A stretch of 64,000 nt of DNA from Candidatus Omnitrophota bacterium (GTDB taxonomy: Bacteria > Omnitrophota > Gorgyraeia > Duberdicusellales > Duberdicusellaceae). Made by a program: the position numbers and the translations under genes. Under the pieces are notes generated by a model that worked only from the letters and a program-made list of their open reading frames with translations, did not search any database and had not been told where the DNA came from. The stretch is taken from assembly GCA_016932855.1 (NCBI GenBank), contig JAFGCB010000024.1, forward strand, positions 2,813-66,812. The letters are read 5' to 3'. Of this stretch, positions 10,076-19,749 are shown in pieces. Numbering within the stretch: position 1 is the first letter of the stretch; every line of letters starts with the position of its first letter.

Positions 10076-10929
10076 AAGTACCCTTCGATTTTTAAAGGCA
10101 GGGTTTTTCCCTCTGTATTCCGGATTGATACCTTGGCTTTTCGGGAGTTTTTAATAAAGCCGATATAAAAAAAACCTTTTTTTTCAAGGGTGCCACGATT
10201 TTTTAGCGGGCTCGTAAAAAGGAGTTCATAGTCCTCTCCGTCATAGAGGGCATTTTCTATTTTAGCCCCGGGATTTAAAGGTATGTGGTCTTTGAATAAG
10301 ACAGCTTGTTTCTTGCTCTCAGAAAGAATTCTGTAAAGATCAAGAACCAGGCCGTCGGAAATATCTATCATGGAGTTTATCTTAAAATTCCTGGTTAAAA
10401 ATTGCGCTTCTTTTATTTTCGGCCTGAACCTTACTTTGCCATTTAGAGAACATCCCAGTTTTCCGCTCGTGAATATCCCGTCCGCGTCTTTAGCGCCGCT
10501 TCGGGTTGTTATTCTATTTTTTTCGGCATAACCCAAGCACCAGACATCCAAAAAGATTTTTCTTGCCCTGCTCATATCTCCTCCGACTATGCTGAGTTTA
10601 AACTTTTCGGAGATTTCCCTGATTCCTTTTAGAATCGAAAGAGCTTTTTTTGAATATTTTCGGGGTAAAGCCAGAGATACGCCTATATATTTGGGTCTGC
10701 CGGCCATTGCCGCGACATCACTTAGGGTTCTTGCCACAGCGCGATATCCTATATCTTCGAATTTGCATTTCTTTATGGTAAAATGCACGTCTTCGATAAA
10801 CATATCCCCGCAAAAAAGTAAATATTTCTTGCCGGATTTAATAACCGCGGCATCATCCCCCGGTCCTATGTAGACGGATTTATCCTGTCGTAACTTCTTG
10901 AATTTCTGAATTAGCTTAAGCTCTTCCAT
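10066..10929 (-). CDS. thiL: thiamine-monophosphate kinase
   Basis: AIRS-domain signature GDDAAVI...CGDMFIEDVHF. Confidence 0.8.
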   Translation of the reverse strand: MEELKLIQKFKKLRQDKSVYIGPGDDAAVIKSGKKYLLFCGDMFIEDVHFTIKKCKFEDIGYRAVARTLSDVAAMAGRPKYIGVSLALPRKYSKKALSILKGIREISEKFKLSIVGGDMSRARKIFLDVWCLGYAEKNRITTRSGAKDADGIFTSGKLGCSLNGKVRFRPKIKEAQFLTRNFKINSMIDISDGLVLDLYRILSESKKQAVLFKDHIPLNPGAKIENALYDGEDYELLFTSPLKNRGTLEKKGFFYIGFIKNSRKAKVSIRNTEGKTLPLKIEGYFCL

Positions 10930-10964
10930 CTTTTACAAATTTACCTATTAATCACAAATCACTA

Positions 10965-11013
10965 ACCGCTATCGCTATACGCTATACGCTATACGCTATA
11001 CGCTATACGCTAC
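10965..11013. repeat. tandem heptamer array (ACGCTAT)x~6 preceded by CTAACCGCTAT
   Basis: Read directly: atcgctat acgctat acgctat acgctat acgctat acgctac, in the upstream region of thiL. Confidence 0.8.
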
Positions 11014-12051
11014 TCAACCTATAACCTTCTTTATATTTTTTCCATAGGGCGGTCGTATTATCCCTTTTTCGGTTATTATCGCAGTTATAAGCTGGGGAGG
11101 TGTTATGTCGAAGGCAGGATTATAGGCTTTCACTTTCTTGGGGGCAATAGCTTTTCCGAAAACGCTTTTTATTTCCTGGGGGCTTCTTTCCTCGATAGGT
11201 ATACTCCGCCAGCTTCGCAGGTTAAGGTCAAATGTCGATGACGGCGCGGCTACATAGAAAGGTATCTTATGGTATTTGCACAGGACCGCGAGACTATATG
11301 TGCCGATTTTATTGGCAGCGGCTCCGTCTTTGGTTATTCTGTCGGCACCCACAATGGTTTTATCTATTTGTCCGGCCTTGATAAGCGCGGCTGCCGCATT
11401 ATCGCAGATTAAGGTAGTATCTATTTTTCGCGAGGTTAATTCCCAGGCTGTAAGCCTGGCCCCTTGCAAAAGCGGCCGGGTTTCATCAGCAAAGACTTTT
11501 ATCCCCGGATATCGTTTATGGGCCCGATAGATTATGGCTAGAGCCGTTCCTTGGCCGGAGGTCGCTAAGAAGCCGGCATTGCAGTGGGTAAGAATAGCAT
11601 CTTTTGGTTTTATGAGCTTGGCTCCGAAAGCAGCGATTCCCTGACAAAGCTTTATATCTTCATTGTGGATTGCCCGGGATTCATTTTTGATTACAGTTTT
11701 GATGGTTTTGATGCTTCTATTTTTGTTAGCAATTATTTTATTTTGAATTCTATCCAGAGCCCAAAACAGATTAACCGCCGTGGGCCGGCTTATTTTTAAG
11801 TGCTGGATGTTGTTAAAGACTGTTTTTAAAAAAGCTTTTTTTGATTTTGTTTTTATATTCTTTATTGAAACGTATACGCTGTAGCCGGCAAATACGCCTA
11901 TTAACGGCGCGCCCCGGACCTTAAGCCGCTTTATAGCCGTAAAGGCGTCTTTTATGGTTTTAATCTCAAGGTAGCTTACTTTTAAAGGTAATTTAGTCTG
12001 ATCGATTATTGTCAGCTTTGAATTTTTGAAGGACAAGGAAAAATGCTTCAT
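11014..12051 (-). CDS. mtnA: S-methyl-5-thioribose-1-phosphate isomerase (eIF-2B-like)
   Basis: eIF-2B alpha/beta/delta family; CNAGFLATSGQGTALAII signature. Confidence 0.8.
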   Translation of the reverse strand: MKHFSLSFKNSKLTIIDQTKLPLKVSYLEIKTIKDAFTAIKRLKVRGAPLIGVFAGYSVYVSIKNIKTKSKKAFLKTVFNNIQHLKISRPTAVNLFWALDRIQNKIIANKNRSIKTIKTVIKNESRAIHNEDIKLCQGIAAFGAKLIKPKDAILTHCNAGFLATSGQGTALAIIYRAHKRYPGIKVFADETRPLLQGARLTAWELTSRKIDTTLICDNAAAALIKAGQIDKTIVGADRITKDGAAANKIGTYSLAVLCKYHKIPFYVAAPSSTFDLNLRSWRSIPIEERSPQEIKSVFGKAIAPKKVKAYNPAFDITPPQLITAIITEKGIIRPPYGKNIKKVIG

Positions 12052-12071
12052 TTAGCCCCTTTCATGTTAAA

Positions 12072-13217
12072 TCAGCTTAAGGTTTCTTTTGTTTTCGGCT
12101 TAGCCCCCAGGATGCTCTTCAATAACTTATACAACAGACTGTACTCTACGTCAACCGCGGCGTAGGGGCATACTTCCCGGCAGCAGAGGCATTTTATGCA
12201 CCGGGAATAATCGATTTCAACTTGTTTTTTTTGATTTATTTTGATGGCGGCAACAGGGCAGGTTTCAATGCACTTTTTACAGATTTTGCAAACTGACGTA
12301 TTGATTACGGGCTTAAGACTAAGAAGCGTTCCGGCGAGCTTAAGAACCGGTCTGGGGATTGTTGCGAGAATCGTCGGTGGTGCAAAAATAAAATCATTTA
12401 TTTTGAATTTTTGCCAGTCTTCGGGTTCGATTTGGATCTGCGAAGGGTCAAAAAGATGTTGCGTAAGGCCCAGCCGAATGTAGGGAATTTTTTCAGGGTC
12501 TATTTTTATAAGTTTGCATAAAACCCAATCTAAAGCCCAGGCAGAGTCGGAAAATACTATTAATCCTCGCTTTTTTGGCGTACCTTTTTTAGCAGGGCCT
12601 TCTCCTTCCAGGGATACTATCGCATCAAGTATATTTATTTGAGGTTTAAACATTTTAAAGATATCGACCAGTATGCGGGCAAAATCATCCGGCTTAGGGA
12701 AATCTTTATGCAGCGAGCTTTTTTTCATTCCCTGGACAAACCCGTAGGTGTTTTTTACGGCCGCGGTTATAAGCATTAAGTCGTGGGTCTTCAGTTTAGG
12801 CAAGTTAATGACAGCATCAAATCCTTTTGTCCACCATGAGAACGGGATTTGATTCTTTGCATAGGGAGGTTTATCATTGGAAAGAAGGGTCAGGGTCTCG
12901 GGGAATTTATCAAGGCCGAGGGTTGTGTAAATTTCTGAAACTGAAGTTACGGATGTGAAGCCGCCCGGGTTATCAGCCAGAAAAACTTTTGTTCCTTTAT
13001 CTTTTAGGGCATGAGCCAAAGCCAGGATGAAGTTTGGATGAGTGGTTATTGCTTCGTGGGGTTCCGCATTCATTAAAAGATTTGGTTTAATGAGGACGCG
13101 TTTTTTATCCTGAAAATAATTTTCGCCAAAAACGTTATCTAATCTCTCTCTTATCAGGTGGTATAATTTTTCCTTATCGTAGTCGTAATTATCGGTTTTG
13201 CTTATAAAGACCTTCAT
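12072..13217 (-). CDS. DUF362 domain protein with C-terminal 4Fe-4S dicluster ferredoxin domain
   Basis: Two CxxCxxCxxxCP motifs at the C-terminus (CKICKKCIETCP, CIKCLCCREVCP). Confidence 0.65.
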   Translation of the reverse strand: MKVFISKTDNYDYDKEKLYHLIRERLDNVFGENYFQDKKRVLIKPNLLMNAEPHEAITTHPNFILALAHALKDKGTKVFLADNPGGFTSVTSVSEIYTTLGLDKFPETLTLLSNDKPPYAKNQIPFSWWTKGFDAVINLPKLKTHDLMLITAAVKNTYGFVQGMKKSSLHKDFPKPDDFARILVDIFKMFKPQINILDAIVSLEGEGPAKKGTPKKRGLIVFSDSAWALDWVLCKLIKIDPEKIPYIRLGLTQHLFDPSQIQIEPEDWQKFKINDFIFAPPTILATIPRPVLKLAGTLLSLKPVINTSVCKICKKCIETCPVAAIKINQKKQVEIDYSRCIKCLCCREVCPYAAVDVEYSLLYKLLKSILGAKPKTKETLS

Positions 13218-13969
13218 ATATTAAATATTCTTTTCGCGTTTTCAAGAATTATTTCCTTCATGGCATTTGGGTCTTTATTTTTTATTCTGGCAATTTCCAT
13301 AAGGCCCTCTTTGACATATAAAGGATTATTCCTTTTGCCTCGAATCGCCTGGGGCGCGAGATACGGTGAATCGGTCTCGGTTAAAATAAGTTCTTCAGGC
13401 GCAAGCTTTATTGCCTCTCTTAGTATATCAGCTTTTTTAAAAGTGATGTTTGTCGCGAACGAGGCGAAATAGCCGCAGGAGGCGACTTCTTTTATGAATT
13501 CTTTGTCCTGGGAAAAGCAGTGGAATACAACTTTTTTTAATCCTTTTTCTTTGAGCATTTTAAGGATTGTTTCTTTAAAGCCCCGGTTATGAATAAAAAG
13601 AGGCAAGTTGTATTCTTTTGCCAGGTCCATAAATTCGGAAAACACCTCTTTCTGCTTTTCGATGGCTACAGTTGATTTGGTATCCAGCCCTACTTCGCCG
13701 ATAGCGACAATCCGTTTATTATTTTCAATGAAGCGGCTGTATTCCTGTATTACCCCGGGATTAAAATCCTGCGCGTAATAGGGGTGGAATCCTAAGCTGA
13801 ATTTAATTAAATTGCAGCCGGAAAAAAGCTTGATGGCATTTCTTGCGTTTTCAAGGTTTACCGCGCTTTCTATTGCAGCGTAAAGACTATTTTCTAAACT
13901 TTTAAGAACTTTGTCCAAATCATTAGAAAAGTCAGGGAAGGACAAGTGGCAGTGGCAGTCAATCAGCAT
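13214..13969 (-). CDS. tatD: TatD family hydrolase
   Basis: MLIDCHCHL N-terminal metal-binding motif; 251 aa. Confidence 0.85.
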   Translation of the reverse strand: MLIDCHCHLSFPDFSNDLDKVLKSLENSLYAAIESAVNLENARNAIKLFSGCNLIKFSLGFHPYYAQDFNPGVIQEYSRFIENNKRIVAIGEVGLDTKSTVAIEKQKEVFSEFMDLAKEYNLPLFIHNRGFKETILKMLKEKGLKKVVFHCFSQDKEFIKEVASCGYFASFATNITFKKADILREAIKLAPEELILTETDSPYLAPQAIRGKRNNPLYVKEGLMEIARIKNKDPNAMKEIILENAKRIFNI

Positions 13970-13989
13970 TTTAATTCTTAATAAAATAT

Positions 13990-14021
13990 GTCACAAGGAT
14001 ACAAAGTCACAAGGTCACATG
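13990..14021. repeat. direct repeats GTCACAAGG x2(+half) upstream of tatD
   Basis: gtcacaagg ataca aagtcacaagg tcacatg read directly. Confidence 0.6.
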
Positions 14022-14031
14022 CGGCTTGTAA

Positions 14032-15573
14032 TCAGGTTTCGATTCTGGGGAATAAAGGTTCGCCCTTTTTGGTTGCCAGGCCCGAAGGTAAACTCCCCCA
14101 TTCTATTTCTTTCTGAAAATCCGCTTTATCCAGGGGTTTATCAAGGCCGAGCTGGTTATAGATTTTCTGGCAAGTTTCCGGGATAAACGGGTAGAGATAG
14201 ATGCTTATTATACGCAGCGATTCCATTAAGAAGTATATAAAGTTTTCAAGCTCTTTAATCTTTTTTTCTTTCGCTAAAGACCAGGGTTTCTTTTCTTCTA
14301 CTGATTTATTGGCAATTCTTACCAGCTCCCAGATATTTTCCAGGCTTAAGTAGAAATTTATATCCTTCATTGACTTAAGATATTTTTCAGGAAGCTCGTC
14401 TATCACTTTTTTGTATTCAGCCGGCATTTCTTTGCCGGCTTCGGGAATACGTCCCATGAAATATTTTTCAACCATATTTAGGCTTCGAAAGACAAGGTTT
14501 CCTAAATCATTAGCCAGATCGCTGTTTACTCTCTGGATCATTGCCTTGTAGGAGAATTTCCCGTCTAAGCCAAAAGGCACTTCCCGTAAAAGAAAGAAGC
14601 GGAAACAGTCCTTTCCGAATTCTTCGACTATATCCAGGGGCGATACTACATTTCCTTTCGACTTGGACATCTTTTCGCTGCCGCTATCTTTTTCTACCAG
14701 CCACCAGCCATGGGCAAATACGCATTTAGGCGGCGGAAGTTCCAGAGCTTTAAGCATTATCGGCCAGTAAATCGCGTGTTGACGCAGGATATCTTTTCCT
14801 ATGAAGTGAAAATCCGCCGGCCAGAGCCTTTCGAATTTCGCCTTATCGGAAAAACATCCTGCCGCACTTATATAATTTAGAAGGGCGTCAAACCAGACAT
14901 AGGTTACATAATCAGGGTCAAATGCGAATTCGATTCCCCATTCGAGGCGCTCTTTGGGGCGCGAAATGCATAAGTCGTTGAGCTTATTACCTTTAAGGAA
15001 GCTTAAAACTTCGTTATAACGTTCTGTAGGCTTTATGAAATCTTTATTTTTTTCAATGTGGCTGATAAGCCAGTCCTGGTATTTGGAGAGTTTGAAGAAA
15101 TAATTCTTTTCTTTGATAAATTCAACATCTCTCTTGCAGTCAGGGCATTTATTATCGGCGGCTTGAGTTTCGGTCCAGAACGATTCACAGGGCACGCAGT
15201 AAAAACCTTCATAGACCGATTCATAGACATCTTTTTTTTCATAGAGATCTTTGATTACTTTCTGGACTACTTTTTTATGCCGGGGTTCGGTTGTGCGTAT
15301 AAAATCATCAGTTCTTACATTAAGGGTCTGCCACAAAATCTTAAAATTATCAGATGTTTTATCCACAAAATCCTGGGGTGATAAATTTTGTTCTTCAGCC
15401 GCCCGTTTAATTTTTTGTCCGTGTTCATCGGTCCCGGTTAAAAAGAAAACCTCGTCGCCCAGGAGTCTATGAAACCTTGCCTGGACATCACCGGCTATAT
15501 TAGTGTAGGCGTGGCCGATGTGGGGTGAAGAGTTGACATAATATAAAGGCGTGCTTAAATAGAATTTTTTCAT
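14032..15573 (-). CDS. metG: methionyl-tRNA synthetase
   Basis: HIGH variant PHIGHAYT, KMSKS present, zinc knuckle CPDCK. Confidence 0.9.
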   Translation of the reverse strand: MKKFYLSTPLYYVNSSPHIGHAYTNIAGDVQARFHRLLGDEVFFLTGTDEHGQKIKRAAEEQNLSPQDFVDKTSDNFKILWQTLNVRTDDFIRTTEPRHKKVVQKVIKDLYEKKDVYESVYEGFYCVPCESFWTETQAADNKCPDCKRDVEFIKEKNYFFKLSKYQDWLISHIEKNKDFIKPTERYNEVLSFLKGNKLNDLCISRPKERLEWGIEFAFDPDYVTYVWFDALLNYISAAGCFSDKAKFERLWPADFHFIGKDILRQHAIYWPIMLKALELPPPKCVFAHGWWLVEKDSGSEKMSKSKGNVVSPLDIVEEFGKDCFRFFLLREVPFGLDGKFSYKAMIQRVNSDLANDLGNLVFRSLNMVEKYFMGRIPEAGKEMPAEYKKVIDELPEKYLKSMKDINFYLSLENIWELVRIANKSVEEKKPWSLAKEKKIKELENFIYFLMESLRIISIYLYPFIPETCQKIYNQLGLDKPLDKADFQKEIEWGSLPSGLATKKGEPLFPRIET

Positions 15574-15575
15574 CT

Positions 15576-16412
15576 TTAAGGTTTTTGGTGGCCTTTGGGT
15601 TTATCAACCGGCAACTTTTCACATTGCATATCTTTATCGTAAGCTAATCTTTCGCGGCTTCCTCCTTCGAATTCCAAGACAACTTCTCGCTTAAGAGGAT
15701 TGACTTCCAGGACCCGGGCTTTTCCTTTTGGGGTATTTAAGGTTTGGCCTTCTTTGGGCAGTTTTTTCCGCAGTTCCTTATAGACTTTGTGCTCATAGCT
15801 TAGACAGCACATAAGTCTTCCGCATATTCCGGATATCTTTGTGGGGTTAAGGGGCAGGTTTTGTTCTTTGGCCATTTTTATCGTAACCGGTTCGAAGTTT
15901 CTTAAGAAAGACGTACAGCATAGGGCTCTTCCGCACGGCCCTATCCCCCCGAAAAGGCGGGTTTCATCCCGTACGCCCATTTGGCGCATCTCAATCCGGG
16001 TCTTGAATATCTTGGCTAGGTCCTTTACCAGGTCACGGAAGTCAATTCTTCCTTCAGCGGTAAAATAGAAAATAATCTTGGACTTATCGAAGGAATATTC
16101 CGCGTCAATAAGTTTCATGTTAAGGTTATGTTCGCTTATATTCTTTTCACAGGTCTTTATTGCTTTTTTTGCTTTGCTGTTGTTTTCTTTTACCTGCTTA
16201 AGGTCGTCCATGTGCATTATCCGGACTATATTCTTTACCGAATTCTTTGTTTCTTCCGCGATTTCTTCGGGTTCGGATATCACTTGACCGTAGTCTTGTC
16301 CGCGTTCGGCTTCGACTATGACGTAGTCGCCGATTTTCACTTCCAGGTCACCGTAGGCAAAAAGGTTTGTAAGCCCCACCTCTCTTAATCTTACTGCTAC
16401 TGTTTTATTCAT
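15576..16412 (-). CDS. ricT: PSP1-domain regulatory protein RicT (YaaT)
   Basis: Strong match to YaaT: RIEMRQMGVRDE...GPCGRALCC...GICGRLMCCLSYEH. Confidence 0.85.
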   Translation of the reverse strand: MNKTVAVRLREVGLTNLFAYGDLEVKIGDYVIVEAERGQDYGQVISEPEEIAEETKNSVKNIVRIMHMDDLKQVKENNSKAKKAIKTCEKNISEHNLNMKLIDAEYSFDKSKIIFYFTAEGRIDFRDLVKDLAKIFKTRIEMRQMGVRDETRLFGGIGPCGRALCCTSFLRNFEPVTIKMAKEQNLPLNPTKISGICGRLMCCLSYEHKVYKELRKKLPKEGQTLNTPKGKARVLEVNPLKREVVLEFEGGSRERLAYDKDMQCEKLPVDKPKGHQKP

Positions 16413-16507
16413 CTCTTACTCCTTTAAACGCTGATTTTCGCTAATCAAGACACTAATTTTCGCTAATTAGAACGCGTACGCTAATACTATCTTGCTTTGT
16501 TAATCTT

Positions 16508-16546
16508 AATTCGCGGAAATTAGTCTTCAATTCGCGTAAATTAGCG
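16508..16546. repeat. intergenic motif A copies in reverse orientation (AATTCGCGGAAATTAGTC, ATTCGCGTAAATTAGCGT)
   Basis: Reverse complements of GACTAATTTCCGCGAATT and ACGCTAATTTACGCGAAT; the surrounding 16413-16556 spacer is rich in CGCTAAT units. Confidence 0.55.
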
Positions 16547-16556
16547 TCTTTAAGCT

Positions 16557-17474
16557 TTACGCTAGTATATCCCTAATAAGGTTATTTGCCAGGTTTAAAT
16601 TGATATTGTCCAAGGTTTCGTTTATTGCGAATAAACGTTCGACTTTATCGGCAAGTTCATCCAGGCTAAAGCGCTTCTGGTAATTTTCGATTTTTTGGTC
16701 GAAGTCCGAATTCATTACCTCGTTTTCTTCACCGACTTTTGTCAATAAGCAGTCCCGCAGAAACGAAAGCAAAAGCTGGGTCGTCTCTTTAAGGGATTTA
16801 CGGTCTGTTTCGTATACATTGAACTGTAAAGTCGAATCAGCGAAAATTTTCTGCCGTTTCAGTAAATAGCTTTTTGATGTCAATTTATTTATTGAGTTTA
16901 AGCGGCCTTCGGAGAATTTAAGCAAAAAGTCAATATTTTCGGCTGAAGCGTATTTACTTAAAACATATTTTTTCGATTCGTCGATTTTAAGGCAAAACCA
17001 TATTTTTTGAGTTCTCGAGCGTATAGTCGCAAGAAGGTTTTCCGGCTTTGAGCTTATCAGGAAAAAAACTACATTGGCCGGCGGCTCTTCCAGGGTTTTG
17101 AGGAAGGCGTTGCTGGCGTCAGGGGTCAGTTTATCCGCCTCGTCGATAATTATCACTTTGTAAGTAGCGGAGAAATTCTTCAAGCAGACCTTTTGTTGTA
17201 TTTCCCGGATATCCTGAATGCCGATTGAGTTCTTGGGTTTCACTTCAATTACGTCAGGATGAATTTTTGCCTGGATATTCCGGCAGGTCTGACAGGTAAG
17301 ACAAGGCCTATCTTCTTGAGGGCAATTAAGAAGACTTACAATATACCAGGCTGTCTTTTTTTTGCCGATGCCGTCCTTTCCGGTGAAAAGATAGGCGTGC
17401 CCTATCCGTTTATTTTTTTGAATAAGTTTAAAATAATCAATTACGTTCTTATGACCGATAATTTCTACTGACAT
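16557..17474 (-). CDS. holB: DNA polymerase III delta' subunit
   Basis: AAA+ motif HAYLFTGKDGIGKK and zinc module CLTCQTCRNI. Confidence 0.85.
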   Translation of the reverse strand: MSVEIIGHKNVIDYFKLIQKNKRIGHAYLFTGKDGIGKKKTAWYIVSLLNCPQEDRPCLTCQTCRNIQAKIHPDVIEVKPKNSIGIQDIREIQQKVCLKNFSATYKVIIIDEADKLTPDASNAFLKTLEEPPANVVFFLISSKPENLLATIRSRTQKIWFCLKIDESKKYVLSKYASAENIDFLLKFSEGRLNSINKLTSKSYLLKRQKIFADSTLQFNVYETDRKSLKETTQLLLSFLRDCLLTKVGEENEVMNSDFDQKIENYQKRFSLDELADKVERLFAINETLDNINLNLANNLIRDILA

Positions 17475-18121
17475 ATTTTTTTGCGGCAGGGTTTTATTTT
17501 TAAGTTTACGACTTCTGCGATTTGTTTATGAGTGCGCGCTTTGTCGCCGTCTGCCTTTATGATTTTTATGCGTTTTGGCTCTTTTTTAGCTAAAACCCGG
17601 TAGCCTTTCCTTAAGGCTTCGTGGAATTTTAAGGGCCTGCGTTCAATACGGTCTTTTTTCCGCTTTATCCTAAGAAGAGCTTTCTTTGGGGCAACATCCA
17701 GGACAAAGGTTAAATCCGGCTTTATGCCTTGGCAGGCTAATTTAACCACTGTTGATATTTTTTTTATCCCTAAGCCTAAGGCATACCCCTGATATACAAG
17801 GGTTGAGTCAGAAAACCTGTCGCAGATCACTACCTTGTATTTTTTTAAGGCCTTAAACAGTTCTTCTTTAACAAATTGAGCCCTGGCCGCGCAGTATAGA
17901 AAAAGCTCTGTTTCCGGGGCTATCCCCCTTTTAGAATAAAGAAGTACCTTTCGTATTTGTTCGCTTAACTTTGTTGAGCCGGGCTCCCGGAATCTTTTAA
18001 CGCTTAAGCCTCTTTTACGCAGAAGCTTTGCCAGGAACTTGATATGGGTGCTTTTACCGGTGCGTTCCCCTCCTTCAAAGGTTATAAACAAGGCTTTTCT
18101 CTTTAAAGTTTTCTTCGCCAT
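17465..18121 (-). CDS. tmk: thymidylate kinase
   Basis: P-loop ITFEGGERTGKST; DRF motif ICDRFSDST. Confidence 0.85.
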   Translation of the reverse strand: MAKKTLKRKALFITFEGGERTGKSTHIKFLAKLLRKRGLSVKRFREPGSTKLSEQIRKVLLYSKRGIAPETELFLYCAARAQFVKEELFKALKKYKVVICDRFSDSTLVYQGYALGLGIKKISTVVKLACQGIKPDLTFVLDVAPKKALLRIKRKKDRIERRPLKFHEALRKGYRVLAKKEPKRIKIIKADGDKARTHKQIAEVVNLKIKPCRKKICQ

Positions 18122-19521
18122 TCGGTGCCGTCCTTTGTATCTTCCAGTATTACGCCCTTATTTTCAAGCTCTTTGCGGATCTTATCAGCTTCGGCGAATT
18201 TCTTTTCTTTTCGAAGTTTAAGGCGCAAGTTTATGAGTTCGCTTATTTTCTCGTTGTCCATCGAGCCGCTATCAATTTCAGGGAAAGTAAAACCGAACAC
18301 GTCGGTTATTACGGTCATTAAATTAACGATTTTACCGAGCTTTATTTCGCTTTGAGAATCTTCAGTTTCAAGAAGCTTATTGGTCATATTAACCAATTCG
18401 AATAAGACAGCCAGGGCTTTTGGGGTATTAAAATCGTCATCCATTGATTCCTGAAACTGAGCCCTGATTTCTTCTATGCCGCCGATTTTCGTTTCACATG
18501 CCGGAAGTGACATTTTTTTAAGTTTGTTTACCAAAAGATATATTCTTTCGTAAGCGCTTTTTGCCTCTTCCATCTTCTCCCAGGAAAAGTCAACCGGGCT
18601 TGAGTAATGAGCCTGCAGGTAAAAGATCTTAAGGATGTCCGCCGGGTATTTATTTATGACATCTTTAATTGTATAGAAATTACCCAAAGACTTTGCCATC
18701 TTTTGCCCGTTTATGGTCAAAAGGCCGTGATGTATCCAGAAATTAGCAAAAGGTTTTCCGGTTAAGGCCTCGGATTGAGCGATTTCATTTTCGTGATGAG
18801 GAAAGACAAGGTCGCGTCCGCCTCCGTGTATGTCCAGAGTATCGGTTTTTAGGTATTTCTGGCTCATGACCGAGCATTCGATATGCCAGCCGGGCCGGCC
18901 CTTTCCCCAAGGGCTTTGCCATGAAGGCTCGTTTTCTTTTGCGGCCTTCCAGAGGGCAAAATCAAGCGGGTCCTCTTTTAAGGGGTCTTCTTCGATTCTT
19001 ACCGAAGACAATAAATCATCGATTTTTTTGCCGGAAAGTTTTCCGTAATCCTTGAATTTCCTTACCGAGAAATAGACGTTTCCCTGTTTTTCGTAAGCAA
19101 TGTCTTTTGCGATTAGGCCCTGGGCGAATTTAATCATTTCAGGGATATTTTCCGTAGCTTTGGGCTCTATGTCGGCTTTGGGGATTTTTAAACTTTCCAG
19201 GTCCTGGTAGTAGCTGTCAATATAAGTCTTTCGGACTTCCTCAAAACCTTCTTCTAGTGAGATATTTTTATCTTTGCTCCACTGCCTGGCTTTATTTATG
19301 ATCTTGTCGTCAATGTCAGTTATATTTCGTATAAAATCAACCTTAAACCCCCTGTATTTTAGATATTTGCGTATTACCTCGAATATATAGAGTGAGCGGG
19401 CGTGTCCTATATGACAGTCGTCATATACCGTTACCCCGCAGGTATACATCTTTATTTCCTGGTTTTTTTGGGGCTTAAATTCCTGCTTTTTCCTGGTTAA
19501 AGTATTGTAGATCTTGATCAT
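18103..19521 (-). CDS. cysS: cysteinyl-tRNA synthetase
   Basis: HIGHARS and KMAKSLGN class I motifs. Confidence 0.9.
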   Translation of the reverse strand: MIKIYNTLTRKKQEFKPQKNQEIKMYTCGVTVYDDCHIGHARSLYIFEVIRKYLKYRGFKVDFIRNITDIDDKIINKARQWSKDKNISLEEGFEEVRKTYIDSYYQDLESLKIPKADIEPKATENIPEMIKFAQGLIAKDIAYEKQGNVYFSVRKFKDYGKLSGKKIDDLLSSVRIEEDPLKEDPLDFALWKAAKENEPSWQSPWGKGRPGWHIECSVMSQKYLKTDTLDIHGGGRDLVFPHHENEIAQSEALTGKPFANFWIHHGLLTINGQKMAKSLGNFYTIKDVINKYPADILKIFYLQAHYSSPVDFSWEKMEEAKSAYERIYLLVNKLKKMSLPACETKIGGIEEIRAQFQESMDDDFNTPKALAVLFELVNMTNKLLETEDSQSEIKLGKIVNLMTVITDVFGFTFPEIDSGSMDNEKISELINLRLKLRKEKKFAEADKIRKELENKGVILEDTKDGTEWRRKL

Positions 19522-19524
19522 AAG

Positions 19525-19542
19525 ACGCTAATTTCCGCGGAT
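19525..19542. repeat. intergenic motif A copy (ACGCTAATTTCCGCGGAT)
   Basis: 17/18 identical to the 8899 copy; immediately upstream of cysS. Confidence 0.55.
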
Positions 19543-19670
19543 TACAATGACAAATTTACACTAATTTTATTAGCCGTAATCCTTTTTAAGTTAACCCAGA
19601 TTATACCTTTTTTTTATCGGAGAATCAAGGTCGTTATAATCGGCAAAAACCATCTAGCACTATTCTCAAA

Positions 19671-19727
19671 TTCTTAAGAATATTGGAATAGTTAAGGGTG
19701 AATAAAGTATTCCAATATTCTTAAGAA
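19671..19727. repeat. perfect 20-bp inverted repeat (TTCTTAAGAATATTGGAATA / TATTCCAATATTCTTAAGAA) with 17-nt loop
   Basis: Read directly; a third partial direct copy TTGGAATAGCTAGG follows; lies between the stop of the downstream HK gene and the cysS upstream region. Confidence 0.8.
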
Positions 19728-19749
19728 CGTTGGAATAGCTAGGAATGGT

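Noticed and set aside
10965-11013. Possible CRISPR array because of regularly repeated units
   Set aside because: The units are contiguous 7-mers with no spacers, and there are no cas genes; this is a simple tandem repeat.
19522-19749. T-box riboswitch upstream of cysS, as in Firmicutes
   Set aside because: Reading the minus strand I find no T-box consensus (AATTAGGGTGGNACCGCG) and no specifier/antiterminator arrangement. The region is dominated instead by the 18-mer motif and a long AT-rich palindrome.
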